DNA of 64,000 nucleotides from Calcarisporiella thermophila CBS 279.70 (Eukaryota > Fungi > Calcarisporiellomycota). Below, in pieces: positions 27,164 to 39,200 of this stretch; positions within the stretch are counted from its first letter, which is position 1; every line of letters begins with the position of its first letter. The notes below the pieces were generated by a model. The model was not told the origin of the DNA. It searched no databases and saw only the letters and a list, made by a program, of their open reading frames with translations. Position numbers and translations under genes: made by a program. The DNA lies in contig NW_027192210.1 in assembly GCF_041956535.1 (NCBI RefSeq), positions 514,662 through 578,661 on the forward strand, read 5' to 3'.

Positions 27164-30100
27164 CTAGAAGGGGGCAGCACACACCGGCCACAACTTCAAT
27201 TCCCATCCGGCCAGGTATTTTTCCCATGGCTTCCAACCCAATTCGCTCACCAGCTCACGCTTCATCTTCCAAGCTTTCTTCGCATCTGCCAGCGCCGAAC
27301 CACTCACCTCCACGTCTGCCAAGAACTTGTTCAGCGCCTTTAGGACATTTCCGTAGCGGAGTGCACGTCGTTCGCGCTCAAGATAGGGTAGGAGGGCCTG
27401 CCAATCTGCAGAGGAAGGAGGTAGATCGGTCCACTGGCAGAGGAGACGGTATGTTGCCTCGAGTTCTTCGGCCTCTTTCCTCTCACCCTCTTGCTGATCG
27501 GTGCCTTTCTGGCAGAGATAGGAGAGAGCACGATGACGACCCCGCAGTCCCGCAATAATCGCGTCTCGTCGTTTCTCCATCTCTTTCCTCTTGTTCTTCA
27601 CCTCTTTACTCTCCTCCGCCCCAGAAGATTTGATCCCAAGGAACGCGGCAACTTCGTCGGGTGGACCAGCTTTTTCCACCACCATAGAGGCCGCCTTCTC
27701 TGCTCTCCTCGCGGTTTCCTCGGAGGGTGAGGCCTCGAACACTTCGAGGGCGACGTCAAGGTTGGTCATCAGTAGTGGGAGGTGGGTTGGATCGGAGTTG
27801 AGCAGGTCGGTGAGTAAAGCTTGTTGAGCCTCTCGATCGGAGGACAACTTCTTTGCATGGGCGATCTTCGCGTCCCTCACGGCATCGTTCAAGGCCTTTG
27901 CAGGGTCCTCCTTCTCCTTCTCGCCGCCCCGTCCTCCCTCGTCTGAGGGCTCTTTTGCCTTGATCGGCTCGGGTGGTACAACCCATCCGACCCGATATTC
28001 TCCACCTTCAATTTTACCTCCGCTACTACCCACTAATTCCATCCGTCCACACAACATATCTCCCAGTTTGGCGTCCTTAGGCAGAGACGACCAGTCATTC
28101 GGCGCAGCAAAATAAACGGGCACACGAGAGCCCCTATCAAGTGCGCGTTTACCGAAGGTGCCGCTTGAAGCGGTAAATGCCCCTTGGACGTAGGAGTGGG
28201 CATCTAGAGACAACGAGCGAGGTAGATTAGAGTCCAGCAGGCACACCAACGACTTCAGCTTCTCTAACATATCCTCGACCTCTGAGGTCAACTGCATCCT
28301 CAGTGTGTATTCTCCTTTCTTTGGTAGCTTGATATTACGAGGATAAATATCCAGATAACCCATCACTTGCCCACCCGCGTCAGTCAGGATACCAAACACG
28401 CCGCGCAAGAAGTGATCATACATGCGATCTTGGATGGCTGGGAATCGTGCGGTTACTTGAGTATTGGGCTCACTAGTCCTGAAGGTATAAGTCAGGACAA
28501 GGCCATATGCTTGTCGCGTAGTGGGTAGGACGTCACGCTCCTTGCTGAGTGGGCGAATGCTGGCGTCACTCGGCCGAATGGCACGCCGCAACACATCCAG
28601 CGTTATGCTAGGGTTGACATTTTCTTCAAAGCGCACTCTCGGTTCAACGTCGATGCGCGTGACCCCATCCCCGCCATTCAGTAAGATCCGGCCCTCTCCC
28701 CCTGCCGCACCGCCTGCCTGAGCCGCGATGACTTGCACCCCTCCGAAGGACAAGTCAACATCCAGTGTGTGCTCTCCAGGAGAAGACCAAAACTGGGCCA
28801 GGCAAATTTCTACCACAGTGTTGGATTGGAGTGCGAAGCGTTTCTTGTGCATATACATAGGAGAGGAAGGAGAGGCATAGGAGCCTTTTGCAAGAGTGAG
28901 CTCATAGGAAGTCTCGGTGTGAGTGAATCTATACACCACGTTAATAAAAGAATAATAGATGAGTCAGCCAATTGGACCACGATGCTATTCTCGAGTCAAA
29001 TATTCACCGTGTATGGGGAACCAACTGCATTACCCGCACCCAGAGTCTGGCGGTTTCTTCCGCCTTGTCTTGCCCTTTGTGCCTCCTTCCATCATTTCTG
29101 TTCTTCACCACTAGCTCACCAAACGTCGCTCCAGCAGGCACATTCACAAACTTGCGGATAATTTCTCCTGGGCCGAGTTTGACACCCTCCCATTCTACTC
29201 TGCCATCCTCTGTTTGAATGCTTTTGAGGACGGTTACCGGGAGAGTGAAAACAGGGCCACGCTCAGGGCATTTTGTGTCAAATGCCTGCACCTCTGCATA
29301 GTGCACTCCCCCGTCCGTGGGGAGGCACGTCGGGTCGACTTTTACAGGGAAATCGCGACCTGAGCTTCCCATTGCCAAGAAGTCCGGGCAGCGAACCCAA
29401 CTGGCCGTTGCGGTAAGAGCAAGTCGCATGTCCAGATCAAACTTAGTCCGGTTTGAGGTATCTGAGGCCGGGATGGCAGAATCATTGGGAGAGAGTGGGT
29501 CGAGCATGAATACGGGTTTAGCAGAGCAGGTGAGGGTCTGTATACGCGCAGCGGCATCATGTTCTCTCAGATAGATTCCTCGGTCGGATCTGGAAGGTAA
29601 ACCCTAGCAATAACCATCGGATAATATTGTCAGTCTTTAATGCTAAACTTTTGAGTGTGTTATTTTGGGTGTTGGTGCTTACCGGGCCCATGCACGTTAC
29701 GTCGAACATCATATCCAGTTCTTTATACTCCCGGAACTTCTCCAGGTACGCCCACGCCTTTTCGACTTGGATCAGACCAACCCCCATTGGGTCTCCGATA
29801 TCTTTAGTCGTCTGCACCAACGCTGCCCTGACTCGGTAGGGCGTCCAATCCATACCCTCTGCTTTCAGGGCTGAAACAAGGAGGGCGACACAGCCGGCGC
29901 AATTTGGGCTTGACATGGAAGTTCCGTTCGCAAGCTGCGACTTTTGTAGTCCATACACCGGCAAGCTCGCAATAGCACTTCCAGGAGCATACACGTCCAC
30001 ACCTTTGTACCCATCCACCGTTGGACCACGTGAACTCCATGTATAAGCCTGCTCAGGAACATAGTCCAGCAGTGCATATTCAGCCTGCTGTTGGGAATAG

Positions 30101-31774
30101 CTGACGTGAGCCCCCACGGAGATCATTCCGGCCCACATTCCTGCAGGTGCTCCGATAGTACTGACACACGGTCCCTCATTGCCAGCGGAGCAGACAAAGA
30201 TGCAACCAGGCAACCGCCCGATCACTTGTGTCCGTAAAAGCTTTGCAAAATAGCCAAAGGTAGGCAGCGAGGCAGCCTCACCATAGGACATATTTGCAAC
30301 ATCACACTTGTGAGTGATGAGAGCTTCAGCGGCACGAGCGAAGCCAGTACCGGTCTCCAGTGAGCCGAGTCGCGTGTCACCAATCTTAAGGGAGACGATC
30401 TAATTCAAAATAAGCGTTTTTAGAAATATAGATTGCGCAAAAATTCAATCTCGAGGATTCACCTGAGCGCCTGGAGCCATCTAAGAGAAGCAAGATCAAG
30501 CAAACAAATAAAAAATTAATATCCAAGGCAAAATAGGAAAAGCAGATAGTTTGAATATATGTACTCCGTTTAATGCAGGCTCCTCGGGATGGCATGCAGC
30601 AACAATACTGGCAACGTGGGTTCCATGGGACCCCGCCATTGTAACAATACTTTGGAAATTAGACACAAATTAGAGCTGCTACAAGTACACGATATAAACT
30701 TTAAATCACCTGACTAAATCACCATTATCATAAATATTCACGGAGAAGCTTAGTAAATCCTGGTTTGTAAACCGACTAAACTCTCTTTCCTTTCTGAAGT
30801 CTGTCAAGGGCTTTTGTGTCCTTAGATCTCCGTTTTCCATGGTATCGACCACAACCCGCCATGTCTCGCCATCATGGAATACAACAACATCGAATACAGG
30901 CCCTGCATCATCGTAGGATTTGAGGAATTCTTTCAAAACCTCGATGCGTGCCTCAAGATCAGCCTTCTTGGTAGCGAGGGGTGAATCCGAGGGAACAGAG
31001 GGATTTGATTGCTCGAATGTGGCGAGTTCACTCCGGGCTTCAGCGAGTAGTCTATGATGCTCTATCTCGAATTTCTCACGGCGTTCCTAAAGATACAAGG
31101 TAGTAGTATTAGTGAAAACACACTAAGAGTAGTTCTCGAAAATTCTTTAATATTCACCTGAGTTAATCTCTTCACTAATGAAGAAGGGAAAAGTTCCCAC
31201 GCTCTCTTGATGCCCAGTCGATATTCGCCCGTTGGATTCTTCCACTCTGGATTAAGTGTAAGTGTGCGCCCTGACAGGCCGCTGAGTATCGGGCACGACT
31301 TGCCATCTACCTCGGCCAAAGTCGGTTTGACAATAGTGGTAGTGGTAACATCACCTTAGAAATATTAGGTGTTAAAAAGGGTCGATTGGTAAAAAAAAAA
31401 GGGAACACTTGTATTACCAGAGCCAGTACAATCAATAATGTCCAATACCTTAGGCTTTCCCTCCGTCGTCACCTGCATGCCGGCAGCAGCAGGGTCAAGT
31501 CCTAATGATATCCGAAAATGGAACACTCAATTTTCTTCGATTATCTCACTTGTAAGCTAATTGTCTTACCGGTGTCAAGAATCGCGACAACTATGCCGCG
31601 ACCATCGAAGTTAGGATGCTTTTTAATGAATGAGGACGCTTCAGTGTCCTAATATAGAGATCATTATTAATTTTGAATTTGCACTTTCCAATTGCATGCT
31701 ATTCTCACCTCCTTTGGCATTAGCCCATGCACCGGGAACTCGGGAATGGGTCCAATGCTTGTAGATTTCGTCAT
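27164..31774 (-). CDS. TPP2: Tripeptidyl peptidase II (subtilase S8)
   Basis: [23 protein letters not shown]|[36 protein letters not shown]-terminal region. Confidence 0.96.
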
Positions 31775-32114
31775 TGCAAGGCAGAAATAGTGATGGGTTT
31801 CAGGTTAAAATTCCGTGCTATTTACAAAAGAAAAAACTTTCAGCGTTTAAATACTTTATTTAAGCTGTAAGAGAGAGAAAAAAAAAAAAAGATTACGCGT
31901 ATAATTGTCAATTCTTGCTCTTAGCTGAACCTCAGCCGAAGTGAAATTGAAAATTGTTCGCAGTACAAACTAAGAAAAAAAATTAATTAAATAGATAAGC
32001 AAAAATATTTCGATATGATAGATAGTATATAAAAGCAATAAAAAAAAGCAGCGTTGAAGGGAAATTAAAAGAAGAAAAAGTGGTGGATATCGCATGAATA
32101 AAGACTATTTAACA

Positions 32115-33034
32115 TCATCGCTTAATCGATGCCGGCGATGTTATCGGTGAATCCTCTGAGGTTAGAGGCGATTGATGCTTCTTTCCTGCATTCCCTTTTT
32201 CTTCTCTCCCCTCTTTCATGTTCATAAGCACTTTGCTCCGTACCGCCTCTAATACCTCCTCGTGGGACATGCCTTTCACGCCTCTCCCGCTTGAGCTTGA
32301 AGAGTTTGCGGCGGTGGGTGATATTTTGCGCTTGCGCGGTGACTGCTGTTGTTCACTGTTGTTTGGCGAGGGCAATTGTGTTGTTGGACCAGCAAGGACT
32401 GTTGGAGAAGTGATGACGGAGAGGCGAGGTAATCTGGGACGGCTAAAGTGTCGCTGATGAAGACGAGGAGAGGAGCTACTGGAATTGGAGGCTTGGTTTG
32501 GGAGTGGAAGCTCAAACGGAGTGAAGACGGAGGAGGGAGATGTAGAGTAGGTTGACACAGATGGTTCAAGAGGCGTGCTAGGTTAGATAAGATGAGTTTG
32601 ATTAGAAAAATGGAGTTTTTAGAATAGGCCCAGGATAACTACTTTGGCACACTGTGTGGACATAGAGTACATGGCTTTCGTTGCTCTAGGAGAATGTCGA
32701 GTTCGACTTTCCGACCTTGTAGTCTCAACTGCTCGAGCCTCACCCGCTCCTCTTCTTGCCGCCTCTATATCCAATAAAAAGGCATTTAAACCATGAATCC
32801 AATAGATCAAAGTAGCCTAGGGGCGAAAAAACCTACGCGGTCCTCCTCAGCCTTTGCTACCAAAATAACCTTGAGCAGCTCAGGATCATCAATGTCACGA
32901 TACTTGTCGAGAAGCTCGGTGACGGTTAGATCTGCACTGACTGAAGTTGATGCCGGGGAGGAAAGAGAAACAGAGGGGGGTTTAGGCGAGTTAAAATGGT
33001 CGGAGTTCTGCGTTATCGGGGGCGGATTCTGCAT
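32115..33034 (-). CDS. Hypothetical Ser/Pro-rich protein with short conserved helical segments
   Basis: ELLDKY...ELLKVILVAKAEEDR|RQEEERVRLE and C-terminal HEEVLEAVRSKV; canonical introns. Confidence 0.65.
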
Positions 33035-33669
33035 TGTGTCTGTCTGGCTATGAAAGTAAATGAAGAACGTATAAAAAAAAAGCGAGATGGCTGTCTGACC
33101 CCTTTTGGGTGTCTTTAAGTGCGTTGTAAATTTCAAATATAAAAAATGGAGTCTTAAGCCACGGATGTGACTATCTCTTTCAGTGTTCCCATAAAAGCAT
33201 TTGGCCACCTTAAAGTCTATCGTGAAGCAACTGGCCGATCACCATGGCGGAAACCAAACAGGTTGATATTGCCAATACACATCCTAAAGATGCAACTTCG
33301 GTAAATATGTTGACTCTCTTTATGCTGAGTAAACGAAGAAGATTTGGTTTCTCTTCTTCGTGATGTCGAGAGATTCCGAGTCCTCTTTTCATTTGGTTGA
33401 CGCTGAAACAAATGTTGCCCACCATATGTTGAAAACTACTGCGCTGTGTGTTGGAAATGCATTTGGCTGACCTTTCCTATTATTTATATTTTTTTTCAAA
33501 CCTGCATGAATAGGCCCAGCCAGAGCAAACGATCCGTTCCCAATTCATCTCTGCAGGCACTAGGTAATGACAGAGATTAATATATCTGTGTTTCAGTTTA
33601 GTAATGTTTCAAAACTGTTCTTGCTTCCTCTCTCCTGCACCTCCTATATCATTTTGAATTAGCTCTAAA

Positions 33670-35095
33670 ATGAATGCCGTGGACCCTCAGATCCTTCACT
33701 CCGACGATCCGCTCGTGCTCGCGGCTGAACTCGAGCGAGTACAAGATCTTATACGTGAGCAGGAACTTTCTATACAAAAGCTGAAACTTGAGCTAGAAAT
33801 TGAGAATGGGCATACCAATGCGTTGCGACACGATAACCAGATGCTACGACAAATAACAGTTGACATGGCAAGTGTTCTTCTACTAGTTTCTTCTTGCTAA
33901 ATTTCTTTTAATCAAACCTGTTTATTAATAGCATGCCCACGCGGAACAAGAGGAAGAGTACATCTGCAATCGTTTGCTGAGGCGCATTGCAGGATTAAAG
34001 CGCGAAAAAAGTGAACTGCTAGTGCAAGTGGAGCGCGAGGAAGAATATATGACCAATATGCTCCAAAAGAAACTCTACCAGGTATATTTTACTGATCATG
34101 TGAATAACTAATTTGAACTTGTGGATTAACATTATATCTCCCCCTTCCCCTGTGGCAATTAAGTTGCAAAAAGAAAAAGTGGATATGGAGAACCAACTTG
34201 AGCAGGAGCAGGAGTATATTGTAAATCGGTTACAGAAGCAACTGGATGCTCTTCAGATGCAATCGCCCGTCTCTCCGACCTCCATGTAATTAAACTTTCT
34301 CTTATTGGACTCTATTTCGATCCAGGTTAACACGTTGTTTTTATGATACAACGCTAGGAACAATAAAAATCACAAATGGCCATTGTCGCACTCTCCAACC
34401 TCGTCCTCCTCAGAATTTGGAGGTGCGCCCTCGCAGGGCGTTGTAGAGATGCTGAAGAGTGAGGTAAACTCATTGCGACAGAAGGCTGATATGATAGAGA
34501 AGGAATGTAAGTTTTTTTTTCCTCTCATTCCAGTTAGGCTAATCCTTTCTGACTTGCTCTAACACATTAACTTAGATGTAAATAAACTCAATCAAATAAA
34601 AGGGCTGAAGACCGAACTTATCGATCTTCGTCGCAAAGACAATCTCCCAGTGGACGACCTCCTTACCGAAGAAACCGTCCCTTCATGCATGACCTTGAAG
34701 AGTCCTTCACCTCGATACGGTCATATTCCACAAGGGCCGCCGGCTGGGACTAGTCGTTCTCGTTCAACCTCAAAGTCTAGCTCTCGCTCCTCTCTGGATG
34801 GCGCCCGGCCTACAGGTATAATAGGGACAGGGACAGGGACGGTGCCGATGAGTATACCTTTTGGAGAGTCTCCTCGGACGCGTTCTGGTATGACATTTAT
34901 TGGGCGGTTAACCTTGGAAGTTTTATATTTTTCTCACCCATTATATACGACTGTATAGTATCGTGCGAAAGAGGGCTTTCACCTAATGCTGCAACATCTT
35001 CCCCACCATCTCGTCGCTTTTCGGGTGGCTTATATTACGACCAGCCCAGGGGAGGTGTCTTAGGAATGGGCTCCCCATCAAGGACTTCCAAATAA
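33670..35095 (+). CDS. CCDC6: CCDC6-like coiled-coil protein (DUF2046)
   Basis: AEQEEEYICNRLLRRI..LKREK...VEREEEYMTNMLQKKL.QLQKEKVDMENQLEQEQEYIVNRLQKQL; first intron GC-AG 33868-33931. Confidence 0.85.
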
Positions 35096-36173
35096 CTTTT
35101 TCTCGAATTGCTCGAACTTATATGGCTGACGACTGTTAGCAGCCAAAACACTGGATCCTTCCACTCCTTTGCATATTATGAATTCTATAGTGAACATGGG
35201 TGTTTGTTTTGATTTTTCATTTTAAGACGTAAACAGTAAAGATATTTGAACAATTGATAATGGTTGATTTATTAAACTATCAATTCTTTTATTTTTATAA
35301 AAATGCCGAATCCTCTCGTTAGAATAGAACCTATCCATAAAAGAGTTGGTATTAGTTCTGGTCAACTCTAATATTATTTAGAAATGGACAAAGAATAAGG
35401 AATCAGAGGCCTAAATCTCCACAAGGAAGCAAGTGGTAAAGCGATTCTTGCTTCGGTTTGAAACAACCTATTTTAACTCTCATCACATAGAACAAACAAA
35501 ACATCCTCCAACATCTTCTGGAACTTACATTCGGCAAATCAAAAGTTAGGCGTGCATACTAGATAATGAAAAAAAATAAAATAAAAACAAGAAAAGGAAG
35601 CGTAAAGAGAGGTAAGAGGTGATAGAATTTGTCTTTAAATAAATAGCAAGACTGCGCCTTTTTAGACGCAGCAAAATCGGAGCAAGAAAAAATATAGTAA
35701 CCAGAATTCTTGCAGATTGCTGCAGAGAAATAATTTCGCCGGGTACATACTTCAGAGTGGGTGGATAAGGCTTGGGCTGTTCCTCTCGTTCCGCCTTTCC
35801 TCTACAAAAGACGATATTCAAGATATCTATCTTTTTTCAGACACAAGGATGATACTCTTTATATTTGTGAATAAGAAATGAGTTGTTTAAATGAATTGCC
35901 AAATTGTGAGAATTTCACATCTTTTCACACATCTGGTAGTCAGAAAGGGAAGAATGAATTTTTCTCATAGTTGAGAGGATGATTGCTTTGGCTCTCTTGG
36001 ATTAAAAATAATAGATCTTTATAGGCGAATTAGGACTCAACACAAAAAAGTGTGTTGCGAAGAGGTACAACATTAAATACGGTATAAGAAACTGTAAATT
36101 AGAAACTGTTTTGTGCGATAAATTATTTGAATCAGCTAAATAAAATAAGTAAAGTAAAATATCTAAATATGAA

Positions 36174-37148
36174 TTAATATGCTTTGCAATTTCCGTTGTT
36201 GCGGCGATTCTTGCTCTTCCCCTTCCCCTTGTTCTTCTTGCCCTTGTTCTTCTTGTTCTTGTTTTTGTTCTTGTTCTTGTTGCCGCATTTTCCATTCACA
36301 GAGTTGTTGCAATTGCCCTTAGCCTCGGTATTAGCATTGTTATTTTGCACTTCACTGGACTTGGAATTAATGTTGGTGTTAAGGAGAGAAATGTTGTCGA
36401 TGAGGTGGAGATTGTTGAGAGAACCATCCAAGACACGCTTATCCAGTTGCTTGATAGAGTTGTTGCCTTTTCCGCGAGCCTCTGTGTTGGCGTTGTTATT
36501 CTGCGCCTGGGAGGTCTCGGAGTTGATGAGAGTGTTGAGGGCGGAGATTTGGTCGAGGATGTGAGCATTGTTGAGAGAGCCGTCCAAGATCCGTTTATCC
36601 AGTTGATTAATAGAGTTGTTGCCTTTGCCACGAGCCTTAGTGTTCGCGTTGTTATTTTGTGCCTCAGTGGTCTCCGAATCGACATGGACATTGCCAACCG
36701 ATATATGGTCCGCAATATGAGCGTTGTTAAGGGAACCGTCCAGAATTCGCTTATCGAACTGCTTGACAGAATTGTTGTCTTTCCCCTTGGCCTTTGTGTT
36801 TGCATTGTTGTTCTCCACGCGCTGTTGTTTCGAGTTAACCAACACATTAAGGAGGTCAATATTGCTTAATATATGGGCATTATTAAGCGAACCATCCGCA
36901 ATGCCGCGGCGACACCAGCGCTTATCGATTTGATTCAACGAGTTGTTGTTGCAGCCATCGGCGCGAGTATTAGCATTGTTGTTCTCGACCTTTTGGGTGC
37001 TGGAGCCAACAAGGGTGTTGAGGATAGAGATGTCACTTGCCACGTGCGCATTGTTTAGGGTTCCGTCGGCGATGCCTCGAGCAGAGAGGGGAGCCGCTGA
37101 AACGGAAAGTGCAAGGGAGATGAAGGTAAGGAATGAAATGTGCTTCAT
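36174..37148 (-). CDS. Secreted Kex2-processed repeat precursor with five ~52-aa Asn-rich modules and a Lys/Asn-rich tail
   Basis: Intronless; signal peptide MKHISFLTFISLALSVSA; modules (G)I/VLDGSLNNAH...NNNANTxAxGxxNNSxxQxDKR; tail GNKNKNKNKNKKNKGKKNKGKGKSKNRR. Confidence 0.88.
   Translation of the reverse strand: MKHISFLTFISLALSVSAAPLSARGIADGTLNNAHVASDISILNTLVGSSTQKVENNNANTRADGCNNNSLNQIDKRWCRRGIADGSLNNAHILSNIDLLNVLVNSKQQRVENNNANTKAKGKDNNSVKQFDKRILDGSLNNAHIADHISVGNVHVDSETTEAQNNNANTKARGKGNNSINQLDKRILDGSLNNAHILDQISALNTLINSETSQAQNNNANTEARGKGNNSIKQLDKRVLDGSLNNLHLIDNISLLNTNINSKSSEVQNNNANTEAKGNCNNSVNGKCGNKNKNKNKNKKNKGKKNKGKGKSKNRRNNGNCKAY
36297..37076 (-). repeat. Coding tandem repeat, 5 units of about 156 nt
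   Basis: Units 1-4 end in DKR; units 3 and 4 are the most similar. Confidence 0.9.
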
Positions 37149-37928
37149 GTTTGTGTGAGGTCGGCTAGAAGAAATGTGTTGTAAGTGGTAAGGAGTGTGG
37201 TGGAAAAGTGAGGTGAGAGAGGAGGGGAGGGATGTGTTGGCGCAAAATGAATCGGATGGGGAAAGGGCAGATGTGAGGAGAATGCGCTGCCCATGCTTCC
37301 ATGCGTGTTATTTATAACCACGCGGGCTCAAACCTCTGCAAACCCTCAGTTTCCGGTTCCCACTATTTTTAGCCTGTTGCTAAGAACTAAAGACAACATC
37401 AATAGGATTACGCAAAGGAACAGGTTCCCTTGCAATCAATCCAATTTCTGAGGCTCTTAGCATTAATATAGTCAAATATAGTCGTCCATTTGACGAATGG
37501 CCGGACATTTTATTATAGTCGGAGGTAGGTTTTGTGATCCACTGCCCGCGGCAATTTAGGTCTGTTTCACGCAAAAGCCTGGGTCAATTCTTCTATCATC
37601 CACTGATCCTTTCTCAGCTAATGCGAGCATGCATGGTTGAATGGAGGGAGCGCGATTAAAAACGACGAAAACAATGAAAAATATCTTGCAGCGATTCATT
37701 GTCCTTCCGGGCACAACATCAATGAGCGGGCGAAGGGACGCCTATGCCTTATTCTGATGTTATTGCGCTCGACACCCGCAACTGAGACGGTCTCTCTCCG
37801 ACCATGACTATGGGAGTCGTACAGCTCCCCTTAAGCGATGATCTGAATGTGCCGGCCAGGCGGCAAAGGCGGGCATATTCTCCTGTAGATCGCTTTTGAC
37901 TTTGGGGAAACTTGGAGAAGACAATCTC

Positions 37929-37961
37929 TGTAACAAACTTTTGTAACAAACTTTTGTAACA
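37929..37961. repeat. 13-bp tandem repeat TGTAACAAACTTT x2.5
   Basis: tgtaacaaacttt tgtaacaaacttt tgtaaca; contains the dyad TTTGT-A-ACAAA, seen again in reverse at 38439-38450. Confidence 0.75.
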
Positions 37962-39200
37962 GTGCAAGCGGGTTCCTGAGGAACGAATAGGCGCTTGCAA
38001 CCATTAGAGTAGAGATCGACTATTTCGCAAAAAAAAAGTTTTGCCGCGGTTGTACGGGCTGCGTTCTGGAAGGCACAATCTCTCTATAGAAAAGAGTGGA
38101 AATAACCGGTTTAATAATATGGTTATACCAGCATCAAGGGTTCAAAGCCAACATTTGTCTCTAAATCATTTATGTTTTTTCATCCGCTCGATACTGGCTT
38201 GGCTTTGAATATTCATTCCCCCAGCCAGTGATCTACTCTGACTGACGGTCACCACAGCCAGCATAGATTACATAAAGAGAGACTTTTATTGTAGCCGTCC
38301 TTTCTATGAGATACGAGTACGAGATTACTACTACGAGAATCAGCTCCAATGAGCTGATTCTATAGTCAAGAAGGGCGTCTATACTTTTTCCCCGCCAAGC
38401 TTTGGCCTTCAAGAATTAGAGGAACGAAAACAGATTGATTTTGTTACAAATCGGGCATATATTGGCTTTCTTTGTGAACTTTTACACCAACCTTAACCGA
38501 GATTTGATGGTTATTTGTAAAGGCTAGACCCGCGGAATGAAGAGAGAGCAAACAAATCATTTCGAACGAGATAGTAGCCACTACTTTGTGTCGATATTAC
38601 AGAACGCATATTTATCTTTACTCATCCATTATGGGCATGATGCCATTGGTTAGCAGAGTAGCTTATATTAGACTCCAATTATACAATGGTAGCATTAAAC
38701 GTTCATCTCGGTTGCAACTGATCGTAGATATTATACTTTGAGCAGCCCGAACTCGAAAATATCATATTATTGCAAGCTGCTCCTTTCCACTTCAAATGAT
38801 ACGAGTCACTTAATAAAAAAAATCATAATAATGAATTTGGAGTTGTGCTATTGAACTATCCTAGACATTAATTATGGCTGCTGGCGCTTTGCCCTCACAA
38901 GTGCAGGCCATACATAAAAGGCTGGGAGCCTTTATGTATTAAAATCCGTTGGTAGCAGTCATTCTGAGCCACACCCTGTTGCCCTTTGCTGAGTGTGAAT
39001 GAGTTCTCCATGGCTAGGCAGAGAAAATCGCGTGGTGTGACGCGCTTCCTTTGTTTTTTTTTACCAGTCCTGACTTGGTGGCCAAATTGCTTCAATTCGT
39101 CCCAAAGGCCACTTGTTTGCATTGTCGACACATTCATGAGTGCCCTGATCTTTCCCTTCCTAAGTTATTAGTTGAAGCATCGTAACACTTCTTACCTCCC

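Noticed and set aside
36297-37076. CRISPR-like or transposon repeat
   Set aside because: Repeats are in-frame coding units in a eukaryotic gene with no spacers, terminal repeats or transposase.
36184-37158. Several long antisense and alternate-frame ORFs over the repeat gene
   Set aside because: Shadows of repetitive, biased codon usage; no signal or motif.
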